A stretch of DNA of 64,000 nucleotides from assembly GCA_963732385.1 (NCBI GenBank), contig CAVSZB010000008.1, forward strand, positions 192,001-256,000, read 5' to 3'. The translations under genes were made by a program, and so were the position numbers. Numbering within the stretch: the first letter of the stretch is position 1; every line of letters starts with the position of its first letter. Positions 39,073-48,240 of this stretch are shown here, in pieces. The DNA is from an uncultured bacterium. GTDB taxonomy: Bacteria > Krumholzibacteriota > Krumholzibacteriia > LZORAL124-64-63. The notes below the pieces were generated by a model. It did not search any database, was not told the DNA's origin, and was given only the letters and a program-made list of their open reading frames with translations.

Positions 39073-41466
39073 CTAGTTGCGCAGCGGTTTGCCGGTCTTG
39101 AGCAGCGACTGGATCCGCTCGAGGGTCTTGCGTTCGCCCAGCAGGCGCAGGAACGCCTCGCGTTCGAGATCGAGCAGGTGCCGCGCCGAGATCGTGGTCG
39201 GCCCCGGCATGTCGCCGCCCGCCAGCACCCGCGCCAGCTCGCGTCCGACCTTGCGGTCGTGCGCCGAAGCGCGGCCCGCCGCCTCGAGGTTGTAGAGCAC
39301 GGTTTCGATGAGCGCCACGCCGGCGCGCCCCATGACCGGCACCGGGGCGGCGGCCGGCGGGGCGTAGCCGGCGTTCGCCAGGGCGAGCGCCCGCTCCTTC
39401 GCCGCCGCGATCCGCTGCGCGCCGTCCATCGACCAGCCGTCCTGCGGGCGCAAGAAGCCGAGCTGGCGCGCCTCCTCGGCGCTGGTGGCGACCCGGGCCA
39501 GGCCGATCGTTTCGAAGGTGCGGCGCAGCGCGGGATACAGGTCGCCCGGGTCGGGCAGCAGCGCCACGTGGCGGCGGTAGAGGCGCAGGCAGCCGCCGCC
39601 GGCCGGCACGACCCCCGCGCCGAACTCCACCAGCCCGATGTACGTTTCGGCGGCGGCGTGGACCGCGTCGCCGGCCAGGGTGAACTCGCAGCCGCCCCCG
39701 AGGGCGAGCCCGTGCGGGGCGACGACCACCGGCACCGCGCACTGCTCCAACCGGTCGGTCGCGCGCTGGAACAGGCGCACGATGCCGTCGAGGTCGGACC
39801 AGTTGCCCTCGATCGCCTCCTGCAGCAGCAGCGCCAGGTTGGCGCCGGCGCTGAAATTGTCCCCCTGGTTCGCCACGACCAGCGCGCGCCAGTTGCGCTC
39901 CGCCTCGTCGCACGCCGCCAGCGTCATGGAGAGGGTGTCCTGCCCGATGACGTTCATCTTGGCGTGGAATTCGAGCGCGAGGACCCCGTCGCCCAGGTCG
40001 ATCAGGCTGGCGCCGGGATTGCGACGCACCTCGCGGCCGCCGCCGCGCAGGCGCGCAAAGTCGAAGACGCGCGGGTCGCTCCAGACCGGGGCGCGGAGGC
40101 CGGCCGTCGCCGTGGGGCCGTGCCGGACGCCGTCGACCTCGGTGTAGAGGCTCTGAGCGCCGTCGGCAAGCAGGGCGTCGACCCAGGCCGGCAGCGGCAG
40201 GTTGTCGGCGCGCAGCCGCTCCGCCGTGGGACGGAAGCCGAGGGCGTCCCAGGTCTCGAACGGGCCGAGCTCCCAGTTGAAGCCCCAGCGGATGGCGCGG
40301 TCGATGGCGTCGGCGTCGTCGGCGATCTCGCCCAAGCGCATCGCGGCGTAGGAGAGCGAGGGGGCGAGCAGCCGCCAGGCCGCCTGTGCCGCCCGGCCCC
40401 GTCCCGACACCAGGGATTGGACGCGGGCGCCCGGGTCGGCGATCGCCTTGCCCGCCTCGACCTCGGCGAACTGCGCCGATTTCTTCGGGCGGTAGGCGAG
40501 CGTGTCGAGGTCGAGGGTGAGGATCTCGTCGCTCCCCTTCTCCTTCCTGTAGAAGCCGCCGCCTGTCTTGCGGCCCAGCAGGCCGGCCGCGACCATGCGG
40601 CGCAGGAAGTCGGGCGGGGCGAAGAGGTCACGGCATTCGTCGTCGGGGGCGGTGGCCTGCACGTTTTCCGCCACGTGCAGCAGCGTGTCGAGCCCCACCA
40701 GGTCGGCCAGGCGGAAGGTGGCGGTGCGGGGGCGCGCCAGGGCGGGGCCGGTGAGCGCGTCGACCTCCTCGATCGTCAGGCCGAGCTCCGTCATGACCCG
40801 CACGGTGGCCATCATCGCGTGCACGCCGACGCGGTTGGCGATGAAGTTCGGCGTGTCCCTGGCCGGGACTATCCCCTTGCCGAGGCGAAGCGCCCCGAAC
40901 TCGGCCACCGCGGCGAGGACGGCGGGATCGGTGTCTACGGTCGGGATCACCTCGAGCAGGCGCATGTAGCGGGGGGGATTGAAGAAATGCGTGCCGAGGA
41001 AGCGGGGGCGCAGCGGCGCCGGCAGCGTGGCCGCCATGGCCGCGAGCGAGAGGCCGGAGGTGTTGCTCGACAGCACGGCGTCGGGGCGCAAAAACGGCGC
41101 GGCCGCGGCGAGGACCCGGGTCTTGATGCCGAGGTCCTCCTTCACCACCTCGATCACCCAGTCCGCCTCGCGCAGGCGCGGCAGGTCGTCTTCGAGGTTG
41201 CCGGTCGTGATCAGCGCCAGGCGCTCCTCGCTGAACAGCGGCGCCGGCTTCTGCTTCAACAGCGCCCGCACCGCGTCGACGGTCAGGCGGTCGCGCACCC
41301 GGCGATCCGTGAGGCCGAGTCCGAGCGCCTGCTCGGCGGGGGTGAGCTCGCGGGGGACGATATCGAGAACCAGCGACGGCACGCCGGCGTTGGCGAAATG
41401 CGCGGCGATGGCGCCGCCCATCACGCCGCCGCCGAGCACGGCGATCCTGCGCACGGGCCAGGTCAT
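39073..41466 (-). CDS. fadN: 3-hydroxyacyl-CoA dehydrogenase/enoyl-CoA hydratase (FadN type)
   Basis: GGGVMG, SNTSG, HFFNPPRY, FSAGANL, GGGCE, GKPLRN end. Confidence 0.92.
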   Translation of the reverse strand: MTWPVRRIAVLGGGVMGGAIAAHFANAGVPSLVLDIVPRELTPAEQALGLGLTDRRVRDRLTVDAVRALLKQKPAPLFSEERLALITTGNLEDDLPRLREADWVIEVVKEDLGIKTRVLAAAAPFLRPDAVLSSNTSGLSLAAMAATLPAPLRPRFLGTHFFNPPRYMRLLEVIPTVDTDPAVLAAVAEFGALRLGKGIVPARDTPNFIANRVGVHAMMATVRVMTELGLTIEEVDALTGPALARPRTATFRLADLVGLDTLLHVAENVQATAPDDECRDLFAPPDFLRRMVAAGLLGRKTGGGFYRKEKGSDEILTLDLDTLAYRPKKSAQFAEVEAGKAIADPGARVQSLVSGRGRAAQAAWRLLAPSLSYAAMRLGEIADDADAIDRAIRWGFNWELGPFETWDALGFRPTAERLRADNLPLPAWVDALLADGAQSLYTEVDGVRHGPTATAGLRAPVWSDPRVFDFARLRGGGREVRRNPGASLIDLGDGVLALEFHAKMNVIGQDTLSMTLAACDEAERNWRALVVANQGDNFSAGANLALLLQEAIEGNWSDLDGIVRLFQRATDRLEQCAVPVVVAPHGLALGGGCEFTLAGDAVHAAAETYIGLVEFGAGVVPAGGGCLRLYRRHVALLPDPGDLYPALRRTFETIGLARVATSAEEARQLGFLRPQDGWSMDGAQRIAAAKERALALANAGYAPPAAAPVPVMGRAGVALIETVLYNLEAAGRASAHDRKVGRELARVLAGGDMPGPTTISARHLLDLEREAFLRLLGERKTLERIQSLLKTGKPLRN

Positions 41467-41532
41467 GGAAACTCCCCGGGGCGCCGCGGGCGCCCGCCGT
41501 CAGGGGTGCGTGACCGGAAGCGCGCTCCCGGA

Positions 41533-41577
41533 TGAATAAGCGTTCACCATGTTAGTGATGACCGGGCACGGTGTCAA
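41533..41577 (-). promoter_or_regulatory. fadN promoter with operator at the start site
   Basis: Minus strand TTGACA(41577-72)-N17-TAACAT(41554-49); palindrome TGAAT-AAGC-GTTCA at 41533-41546. Confidence 0.7.
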
Positions 41578-41597
41578 TCGGCAAACGGCCGGCCCAG

Positions 41598-41699
41598 GAT
41601 TGCCTAGTTGCAATCAGGACAATGTATTGGTACTATCGTAATTGCGGCGTACATCCAGCCGGCCGCCCGCCATGGCGGACAGTTGTGAATGACCATTCA
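41598..41699 (+). promoter_or_regulatory. TetR gene promoter and operator
   Basis: TTGCAA(41608)-N17-TACTAT(41631); TGAATG-AC-CATTCA at 41686-41699 just before the GGAG RBS. Confidence 0.7.
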
Positions 41700-41708
41700 T
41701 GGAGTCAC

Positions 41709-42296
41709 ATGTCCCGACCTCGCCCCGACGACAAGCGGGCGCGCATCCTCGACGCCGCGGTCGTCGAAATCGCGCGCCACGGCTACTACCACACCACGGT
41801 GGCGATGATCGCGACGCGCGCCGGCGTGGCCGACGGCACCATCTACCTCTATTTCCACGGCAAGGAGGAGATTCTCGTCGGCCTGTTCGAGCGCGCCATG
41901 GCGAGTTTCATCGCCGAGGGACGCCAGCTGCCGTCGGCGGGGAACCCCGCGCAGCGGATGCGCGAGCTGATCACCCTGCACCTGAACCTGCTCGGGCGCG
42001 ACCCCGATCTGGCGATCGTCTTCCAGGTGGAGCTGCGGCACAGCCTGCACTTTCTCGACCTGTTCTCGCGCAGCCGCCTGCGCGAGTACCTCGAAGCGAT
42101 CGCCGGCATCATCGCGCAGGGGCAGCGCGAGGGGACGTTCCGCCCCGACCTCGATCCGCTGTTCACGGCGAAAGCGATCTTCGGCATCCTCGACGAGATG
42201 GCCACCGACTGGGTGCTTGCGAAGCGCAACACGCGCCTGGCGGCGCGGGCGGACGAGATTGGCGATCTGGTCCTGCGGGGGATGGGCGCCGGCTGA
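41709..42296 (+). CDS. TetR-family regulator, FadR(YsiA)-like
   Basis: IATRAGVADGTIYLYF..KEEIL, VFQVELR, IFGILDE; divergent from the fad operon. Confidence 0.88.
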   Translation: MSRPRPDDKRARILDAAVVEIARHGYYHTTVAMIATRAGVADGTIYLYFHGKEEILVGLFERAMASFIAEGRQLPSAGNPAQRMRELITLHLNLLGRDPDLAIVFQVELRHSLHFLDLFSRSRLREYLEAIAGIIAQGQREGTFRPDLDPLFTAKAIFGILDEMATDWVLAKRNTRLAARADEIGDLVLRGMGAG

Positions 42297-42354
42297 GCCG
42301 GCGTGGCCGGGGGCGGACCCGTGGGATGGCCGCCCCCGGCGCCGGCGGGCGCAG

Positions 42355-43317
42355 TTACTGCGCCAGCTTGCCCCAGACGGAATCCATGCGCATGCCGCCT
42401 GCCTCGGCCTGGAGGACGTGCTCCCGCGCGGCCTCGGTCTGGCCCTGCTCCGCGTAGGCGATGCCGAGGTAGGCGTGCGCGAGGGCCGCGGAGGGATCGA
42501 TGGCGAGCGCGGAGCGGCACTCGGTGGCGGCGGCGTCGAACTGCCCGAAGCGGCAGAACAACCGGCCGCGGCGGGCGTGCGCGTCGGCGCTGCGCGGGTC
42601 GACCTCGAGGGCGCGACCGTAGACATTGAAGGCCTCCCTGAGCGCCTCCTGCGCCTCGAGCGTTTCGCCGAGCACGACCAGCAGCCCCGCATTGTCCATC
42701 GCGCCGCCCAGGAAGCCACGGCACTCCTGCTCACCCTGCGCCGCGCGCCCCACGCCGATCAGCCCGTACACCAGAGCGCACTGCGTCGACGAGTCGCCCG
42801 GAGACTGGGCGAGCGCTTTCTCGTAGCAATCGAGCGCGCTCTCGGGCCAGCCGATGATGGTGAAGATCGCGCCGAGCTGCAGCTGGCCGCCGGCGATCAC
42901 TGGATCGAGCGCCAGGGCGGCCTGCGTGGCCTCCTCGGCGTTGGCCAGACGGCTCTCCCCCATCCAGGCCGCGCCGAGCAGCACCAGCAGCTGCGCCGAC
43001 GGCGAGGCCTTCGCACGCCCCTCCGTGAGCACCTTCACGGCCGCGGCGGTGTCTCCGGAGCGCAGCGCGGCCAGCCCCACCTGGACATAGCCGGAGGGAT
43101 CCTCGGGACGGGAGGCGATCAGGGCGCGTCCCTCGGCCGTGGTGAGGGTGACGGGCCAGCGGCGGACGGCCGCCTGCCGATCCACGCCGGCGGTCGTGCC
43201 GCCCATGTCCTGCGGCAGTCCCTTGATCGGCGTTGCCAGAGCGGTCACCGGCGTGACCAGGGCCGTCAATATGAGGAGAACGACGGGCCTCTGAAGCTTC
43301 AGGGCAAAATGACGCAT
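42355..43317 (-). CDS. Exported TPR-repeat protein
   Basis: Signal-like N-terminus; repeated A..ALA.DP..A....LG helices. Confidence 0.8.
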   Translation of the reverse strand: MRHFALKLQRPVVLLILTALVTPVTALATPIKGLPQDMGGTTAGVDRQAAVRRWPVTLTTAEGRALIASRPEDPSGYVQVGLAALRSGDTAAAVKVLTEGRAKASPSAQLLVLLGAAWMGESRLANAEEATQAALALDPVIAGGQLQLGAIFTIIGWPESALDCYEKALAQSPGDSSTQCALVYGLIGVGRAAQGEQECRGFLGGAMDNAGLLVVLGETLEAQEALREAFNVYGRALEVDPRSADAHARRGRLFCRFGQFDAAATECRSALAIDPSAALAHAYLGIAYAEQGQTEAAREHVLQAEAGGMRMDSVWGKLAQ

Positions 43318-43443
43318 GACTGGATGACCCCCGGGGATGCAGGTTGCATAATGACGCGTGTTCGTTCAGGAAACGCGGTCTCGGGATACGGGCATCAAGA
43401 GCCGTGCCGGGCCACGGTATCGGGGCGGAGAGGGGAAGTGGAC

Positions 43444-44421
43444 ATGACCGGACAGGCGCGGATTCCCGCCGAGCGGCCGTTGCGGATCGGCATCAGCAGT
43501 TGCCTGCTCGGCCAGAAGGTGCGCTACGACGGCGGGCACAAGCAGGACCGCTATCTCACCGACATCCTCGGCCCCTATTGCGAATTCGTGCCGGTCTGCC
43601 CGGAGCTTGAGGCCGGCATGGGCGTGCCGCGCGAAGCCGTACGCCTGGTCGGTGCCGCGGACGCGCCCCTTATGATCGGCGTCCGCTCCGGCGAGGACTG
43701 GACGGAGCGTATGAACCGCCTGGCGGCCAGGCGCGTGGCGCAGCTCGGAAAAATGGACCTGTGCGGATACGTCCTGAAGAAGGACTCACCAAGCTGCGGC
43801 ATGGAGCGCGTGAAGGTGTACGACCCCGACGGCGGCCTGCCCGACCGGTCAGGAATCGGCCTGTTCGCCCGCGCGCTGCTGGCGGGACTGCCCCTGCTGC
43901 CGGTCGAGGAGGAGGGCCGCCTGAACGACGCCCGCCTGCGCGACAACTTCATCGTGCGGGTGTTCGCCGCGCACCGCCTGCAGACCCTGTTCGCCGCCCG
44001 CTGGTCGCGCGACGCCGTGGTGCGTTTCCACGCCGCCCACAAGTACCTGCTCCTGGCCCACAGCCCCCCCCACCACAAGCAGCTCGGCCAGCTCGTCGCC
44101 GCCGTGAAACAGCACGACCCGCCAACGTTCCGCGCCCGCTACGGCGCCCTGTTCATGACCGCCCTGAAGGTGCGCGCCACGACCAAGAAGAACTGCAACG
44201 TCCTGCAGCACCTCGTCGGCCACCTGCGCGAGCACACCTCCGCCGCCGAACGCGAAGACATCCTCACCGTCATCGAGGACTACCGGCAGGAACTGTTCCC
44301 CCTGATCGTCCCGATCACCCTGATCAGACATTACGTGCGCAAGCATAAGGTCACGTACCTCGCCGACCAGGTCTATCTGGCGCCACACCCGAAGGAACTG
44401 ATGCTCCGGAATCACGTCTGA
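43444..44421 (+). CDS. DUF523 (TudS-like) + DUF1722 (YbgA) protein
   Basis: GISSCLLG..VRYDGGH, VCPE, KDSPSCG, EEEGRL, FH..HKY, YL.PHP.EL.LRN. Confidence 0.9.
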   Translation: MTGQARIPAERPLRIGISSCLLGQKVRYDGGHKQDRYLTDILGPYCEFVPVCPELEAGMGVPREAVRLVGAADAPLMIGVRSGEDWTERMNRLAARRVAQLGKMDLCGYVLKKDSPSCGMERVKVYDPDGGLPDRSGIGLFARALLAGLPLLPVEEEGRLNDARLRDNFIVRVFAAHRLQTLFAARWSRDAVVRFHAAHKYLLLAHSPPHHKQLGQLVAAVKQHDPPTFRARYGALFMTALKVRATTKKNCNVLQHLVGHLREHTSAAEREDILTVIEDYRQELFPLIVPITLIRHYVRKHKVTYLADQVYLAPHPKELMLRNHV

Positions 44422-44565
44422 GCGTTCGGCTGTCAGCCGAATGGGTACGGGTTCGAGTCACTCCGGCAATCCCGGGGCGGTTCAGACGGGGTTTCTGATA
44501 GGGACAGGTCGAAGCGGTTGAGGTGTAATTGAATGTTTAGCATATAGTTAACACAGAACTCGGCC

Positions 44566-44645
44566 ATTATGCAGTGGCGGTGCATTTTCGACGAAAACTC
44601 TGGACTGCAGGCCGCTTAGCGTCTATTATGCAATAACATTGCGTA
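44566..44645. promoter_or_regulatory. Two ATGCA-N7-TGCRT inverted-repeat sites
   Basis: ATTATGCA-GTGGCGG-TGCAT (44566-44585) and ATTATGCA-ATAACAT-TGCGT (44625-44644). Confidence 0.5.
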
Positions 44646-44664
44646 TTGGACGAAAGGACGTGCC

Positions 44665-45888
44665 ATGTACATTCGCCGCACCCTGGAACCTCACTTCCGC
44701 GAGTCTGTCGGCCACTTCCCGGTGATGCTCGTCACCGGAGCCCGGCAGGTGGGCAAGACAACGTTTCTCCGGGAGATCGCCGGTGAAGAGCGGACGTACA
44801 TCAGCCTCGATGATCCCCGCATCGTCGAATTGGCGCGAAATGACCCGGCCCAGTTCATGCAGCGGTATCCGGGACCCGTCATCATCGACGAGATCCAGTA
44901 TGCTCCCGGCTTGCTGCCGTACATCAAGCTGGCCGTGGATGACGAAAGAAGGCCTGGGCGCTTCTGGCTCACCGGGTCGCAGCAATTCCATCTCATGCGC
45001 GATGTGGCCGAGTCGCTGGCGGGGCGCGTCGGCATCATGCACCTGCTTGGGCTCTCGCGCCGCGAACAGGACGGGTCCGCCGACGGCCACGGACCGTTCT
45101 TGCCGACACCGGATGCTCTGGCGTTGCGTCTTGCGGATGCGACGCCGCTCCCGCTGCCGGAACTCTACCGGCGCATCTGGCGCGGTGCTTACCCGGCGCT
45201 GACCCGCGATCCTGGGCTTGACCGGGACCTCTATTTCAGTTCGTACGTGCAGACCTACCTGCAACGGGATGTGCGCGATCTGGCCCACGTGGGCAACCAG
45301 ACGACATTCTTGCGCTTCGTGCGGGCCTGTGCGGCACGCACGGCCCAGCTCCTGAACGTGGCCGATCTGGCTCGCGATGCAGACGTGGCGCCCAACACGG
45401 CCAAGCACTGGCTGTCGGTGCTTGAGGCCTCGGGCATCGTGTACCTGCTGCAGCCCTACCACACGAACGTCACCAAGCGTCTGGTCAAGGCGCCCAAGCT
45501 CTACTTCCTGGACACGGGCCTTTGTTCCTGGCTCACCGGCTGGACCAGTCCGGAAGCGTTGGAAGCCGGTGCGGCGTCGGGGGCGATGCTCGAAACCTGG
45601 ATCCTGGTCGAGATTCTCAAGTCGTGGTGCCACCGGGGCAAGTCGGCGCCATTTTACTTCTATCGCGACAAGGACAAGAAGGAGATCGACCTTCTGATCG
45701 TTCAGGATGAGGTCATCCATCCCCTCGAATTCAAGAAGTCGGCTTCGCCCGGGCGCGACAGCGTGCGGCACTTCGGCACCCTGGCGCGGCTGGACCGCCC
45801 GATCGGGCCAGGTGGTGTGATCTGCTTGGCCGAGTCGTCGTTGCCGCTCGCCGGAGACACCGTGACGATACCCGTGGGGGCCGTGTGA
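44665..45888 (+). CDS. AAA_14 ATPase with DUF4143 and PD-(D/E)xK-like tail
   Basis: GARQVGKT, IIDEIQ, LTGS, ESLAGR, GAYP, K.PKLYFLDTG, EIDL..EFK. Confidence 0.9.
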   Translation: MYIRRTLEPHFRESVGHFPVMLVTGARQVGKTTFLREIAGEERTYISLDDPRIVELARNDPAQFMQRYPGPVIIDEIQYAPGLLPYIKLAVDDERRPGRFWLTGSQQFHLMRDVAESLAGRVGIMHLLGLSRREQDGSADGHGPFLPTPDALALRLADATPLPLPELYRRIWRGAYPALTRDPGLDRDLYFSSYVQTYLQRDVRDLAHVGNQTTFLRFVRACAARTAQLLNVADLARDADVAPNTAKHWLSVLEASGIVYLLQPYHTNVTKRLVKAPKLYFLDTGLCSWLTGWTSPEALEAGAASGAMLETWILVEILKSWCHRGKSAPFYFYRDKDKKEIDLLIVQDEVIHPLEFKKSASPGRDSVRHFGTLARLDRPIGPGGVICLAESSLPLAGDTVTIPVGAV

Positions 45889-46144
45889 CCGGGTTCGAGG
45901 AGGGTGGCGTCTGGGGACCCAAAATCTCTCGATTCCGCTTCTTCGTGTCAAACGGCAGGCCCCTTTTGTTTCCATTGGATAACAGCCGCGGACCTGGCCT
46001 GGTGGTCGAATGCCTCGCGGTGGCGCGTGTCCCGTGTGCCCGATGCGGGCGTGCCGGCGGCGCTTAAGCGCGCCCCGCGACTGCCGATAGGGGCCTGAGG
46101 AGTTCCCCTGTCGCGCTCGAACCGCGAGGACGGATCCTGTCGGT

Positions 46145-47326
46145 ATGGAAACCTGGACTCACACTTTCATTTTCGTCGCGCTCTTCTGCGCGCTGGTGGA
46201 TTTCCTCAAAATTGTGATCGAGCTGTTGGGACGCGGACCGGAGCGCGAATTCAGTTCCGACCCCACCCTGGTCACGGCGGTGATTCCCAGCCACAACGGT
46301 GCCTCCGTGCTTCCGAATACGATCTCGGACCTCAAGCGGCTCCTGCCGGCGGAGCGGATCCTGGTCATGGACGATGGCAGCAGCGACGGCACTGCCGAGG
46401 TGGCCGGAGCGCTCGGCGCGCAGGTCCACCGGTTCGACCAGGGGAAGGGCAAGGTTGCCGCCATCAACTTCGGCATCTTCCGCGTGCAGACGCCGCTGAC
46501 GCTGTTGCTCGACGACGACACGCGGATGGGCGGCGCCCGCCTGCCGACTTCGCTGCTGTCGGAAGATGGCTACGACGCGGTCGCCTTCCATGTCCTGCCC
46601 GACCGACGCGCGCGGGACGGCGCGCACGGCAACAACCTGCTCGGTCACATCCAGCGCTACGAGTACGGCAAAAGCATGGCGATCGGGAAGCGCTTCCACG
46701 ACGCGACGAAATCGGTGAGCTGCGTCTCGGGCGCGGTCGGCCTGTTCCGCACCGAGGATTTGAACCGCTACCACCACGAGCACAGCGGGGTCTTCCAGGG
46801 CGAGGATCTGCAGCGCACGATCATCCGTCTGTTGCATAGCGGCCGCATCGTCTTCGCGAACGAGCCCGCCTGGACCGTGGCGCCATCCACGCTCAGGCAG
46901 TGGTTCGCGCAACGCCTGACGGGCTGGTATCCCGGTCTCTATCATCAGCTCGGGAACTTCTGCCGGCTGCTCGCGCGGCCCGGCGTGTCGTGGCGATTGC
47001 GCTATGAGATGCTCTACAACCTCTACACCACGGTCAGCGACCCGCTGAAAATCTGGTCGCTGTTCGTGATCCTCGCCACGCCAGCGCTGCGCTGGTGGGC
47101 GCCGGCGCTCTACCTGCTCTACCTGCTCTTCGAGCTGTACCCGTACCTCGTGGTGCGGCTGCCGGGCAGCCAGCGGCGCGCGCCTCTGAGCGTGTGGCTG
47201 CTGTATCCGCTGTACGGCGCCCTCAACACCGTGCTGCGTTCCATCGCATTCTTCACCTGGTTCTGGTTCCGCTTCGTCACCAGAAGCATGCGCCCCCGGC
47301 GGGGGCCCAAGGATCGGATCCCATGA
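46145..47326 (+). CDS. Membrane glycosyltransferase family 2 (processive synthase-like)
   Basis: DDGSSD, GK..A.N, DDD, SGAVGLFR, GED, QRLTGW, flanking TMs. Confidence 0.85.
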   Translation: METWTHTFIFVALFCALVDFLKIVIELLGRGPEREFSSDPTLVTAVIPSHNGASVLPNTISDLKRLLPAERILVMDDGSSDGTAEVAGALGAQVHRFDQGKGKVAAINFGIFRVQTPLTLLLDDDTRMGGARLPTSLLSEDGYDAVAFHVLPDRRARDGAHGNNLLGHIQRYEYGKSMAIGKRFHDATKSVSCVSGAVGLFRTEDLNRYHHEHSGVFQGEDLQRTIIRLLHSGRIVFANEPAWTVAPSTLRQWFAQRLTGWYPGLYHQLGNFCRLLARPGVSWRLRYEMLYNLYTTVSDPLKIWSLFVILATPALRWWAPALYLLYLLFELYPYLVVRLPGSQRRAPLSVWLLYPLYGALNTVLRSIAFFTWFWFRFVTRSMRPRRGPKDRIP

Positions 47327-48030
47327 GGCGAACGGCGCGCATCCTGATCGGACTGTTGGGCCTGGCCGGCCTCGCTGGCGTAGCGGCGCCCGGGCGCGCC
47401 ATGGCGGCGCCCAGCCGCGTGGGCGCACAGTTCCGCTACTGGGATTTCAGCAACGGCAACGACATGCGGGATCCGCTCGCGTACTGGGCCTCGCCGCGGC
47501 TTCACGTGCAGCTCGAGCTGTGGGATTTCGAGGAAGGCGTCACGCAGTTCCGTCCGGAGGTCGGCTGGCATCCGCGGGATGCCCGGGGCTCGGTCTACAC
47601 GCTGCAGTGGCGGCACGAGTACCGGCAGGAGCGGTTCACCTTCGCGACCGACCAGATCCTCGGCCGCAGCGTCGTCGGCCGGGCCGAGGTGAGCCCCCTC
47701 GTCGGAGACGGCGACATCTTGTGGGTGTTCGCCGCGGGCGCGGACTACTACTGGGGCTCCTACAATTTTGCCCAGGCCACGCTGATCCACGATCCGCGCA
47801 GCGGCGGCCTGTGGACCCTGCCGCTGCGCGTGCGGCTGGCCACGGAGACGAACGACTGGCTCCAGCTGACGATCGCCCCGGCCAGCCAGCGCACGATCGG
47901 CTGGGCCGCGGATGCGAAGTGGCATTGGCTGCGCGCCGGAGTGGAGCGCAACAACCGCTTCGACTTCACGACGCTCGACAACGTCATCTTCACTCTGGGT
48001 TTCGAACTCGAGCTCCCGCCGGCCGAGTGA
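47323..48030 (+). CDS. Exported aromatic-rich beta-strand protein, possible small OM barrel
   Basis: ATGA overlap with GT2; signal peptide (AMA); alternating aromatic strands. Confidence 0.65.
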   Translation: MRRTARILIGLLGLAGLAGVAAPGRAMAAPSRVGAQFRYWDFSNGNDMRDPLAYWASPRLHVQLELWDFEEGVTQFRPEVGWHPRDARGSVYTLQWRHEYRQERFTFATDQILGRSVVGRAEVSPLVGDGDILWVFAAGADYYWGSYNFAQATLIHDPRSGGLWTLPLRVRLATETNDWLQLTIAPASQRTIGWAADAKWHWLRAGVERNNRFDFTTLDNVIFTLGFELELPPAE

Positions 48031-48240
48031 GCAGGGTGACACCGGCCCGATCCCGGATCTTCATCGTCTTTGTTTGCGGATTTCCCCGCTCTCCTGGGGT
48101 GGGGGAATGGTATGATCGCAACCACGCTCATTGAAAGGTCACGGCGGCGAAGCGGACGGGGTTCCTGGGGGGGAGAGGAACCATCAGCCAGCGATTCCGC
48201 CGAGTCCGGTCCGAATCATCACAGGCAAAGGGGGAAACCA

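Noticed and set aside
44445..44465. GGTTCGAGTC, a tRNA T-loop-like sequence (possible att remnant)
   Set aside because: Flanks do not pair as a T-stem; no cloverleaf or CCA; no integrase nearby
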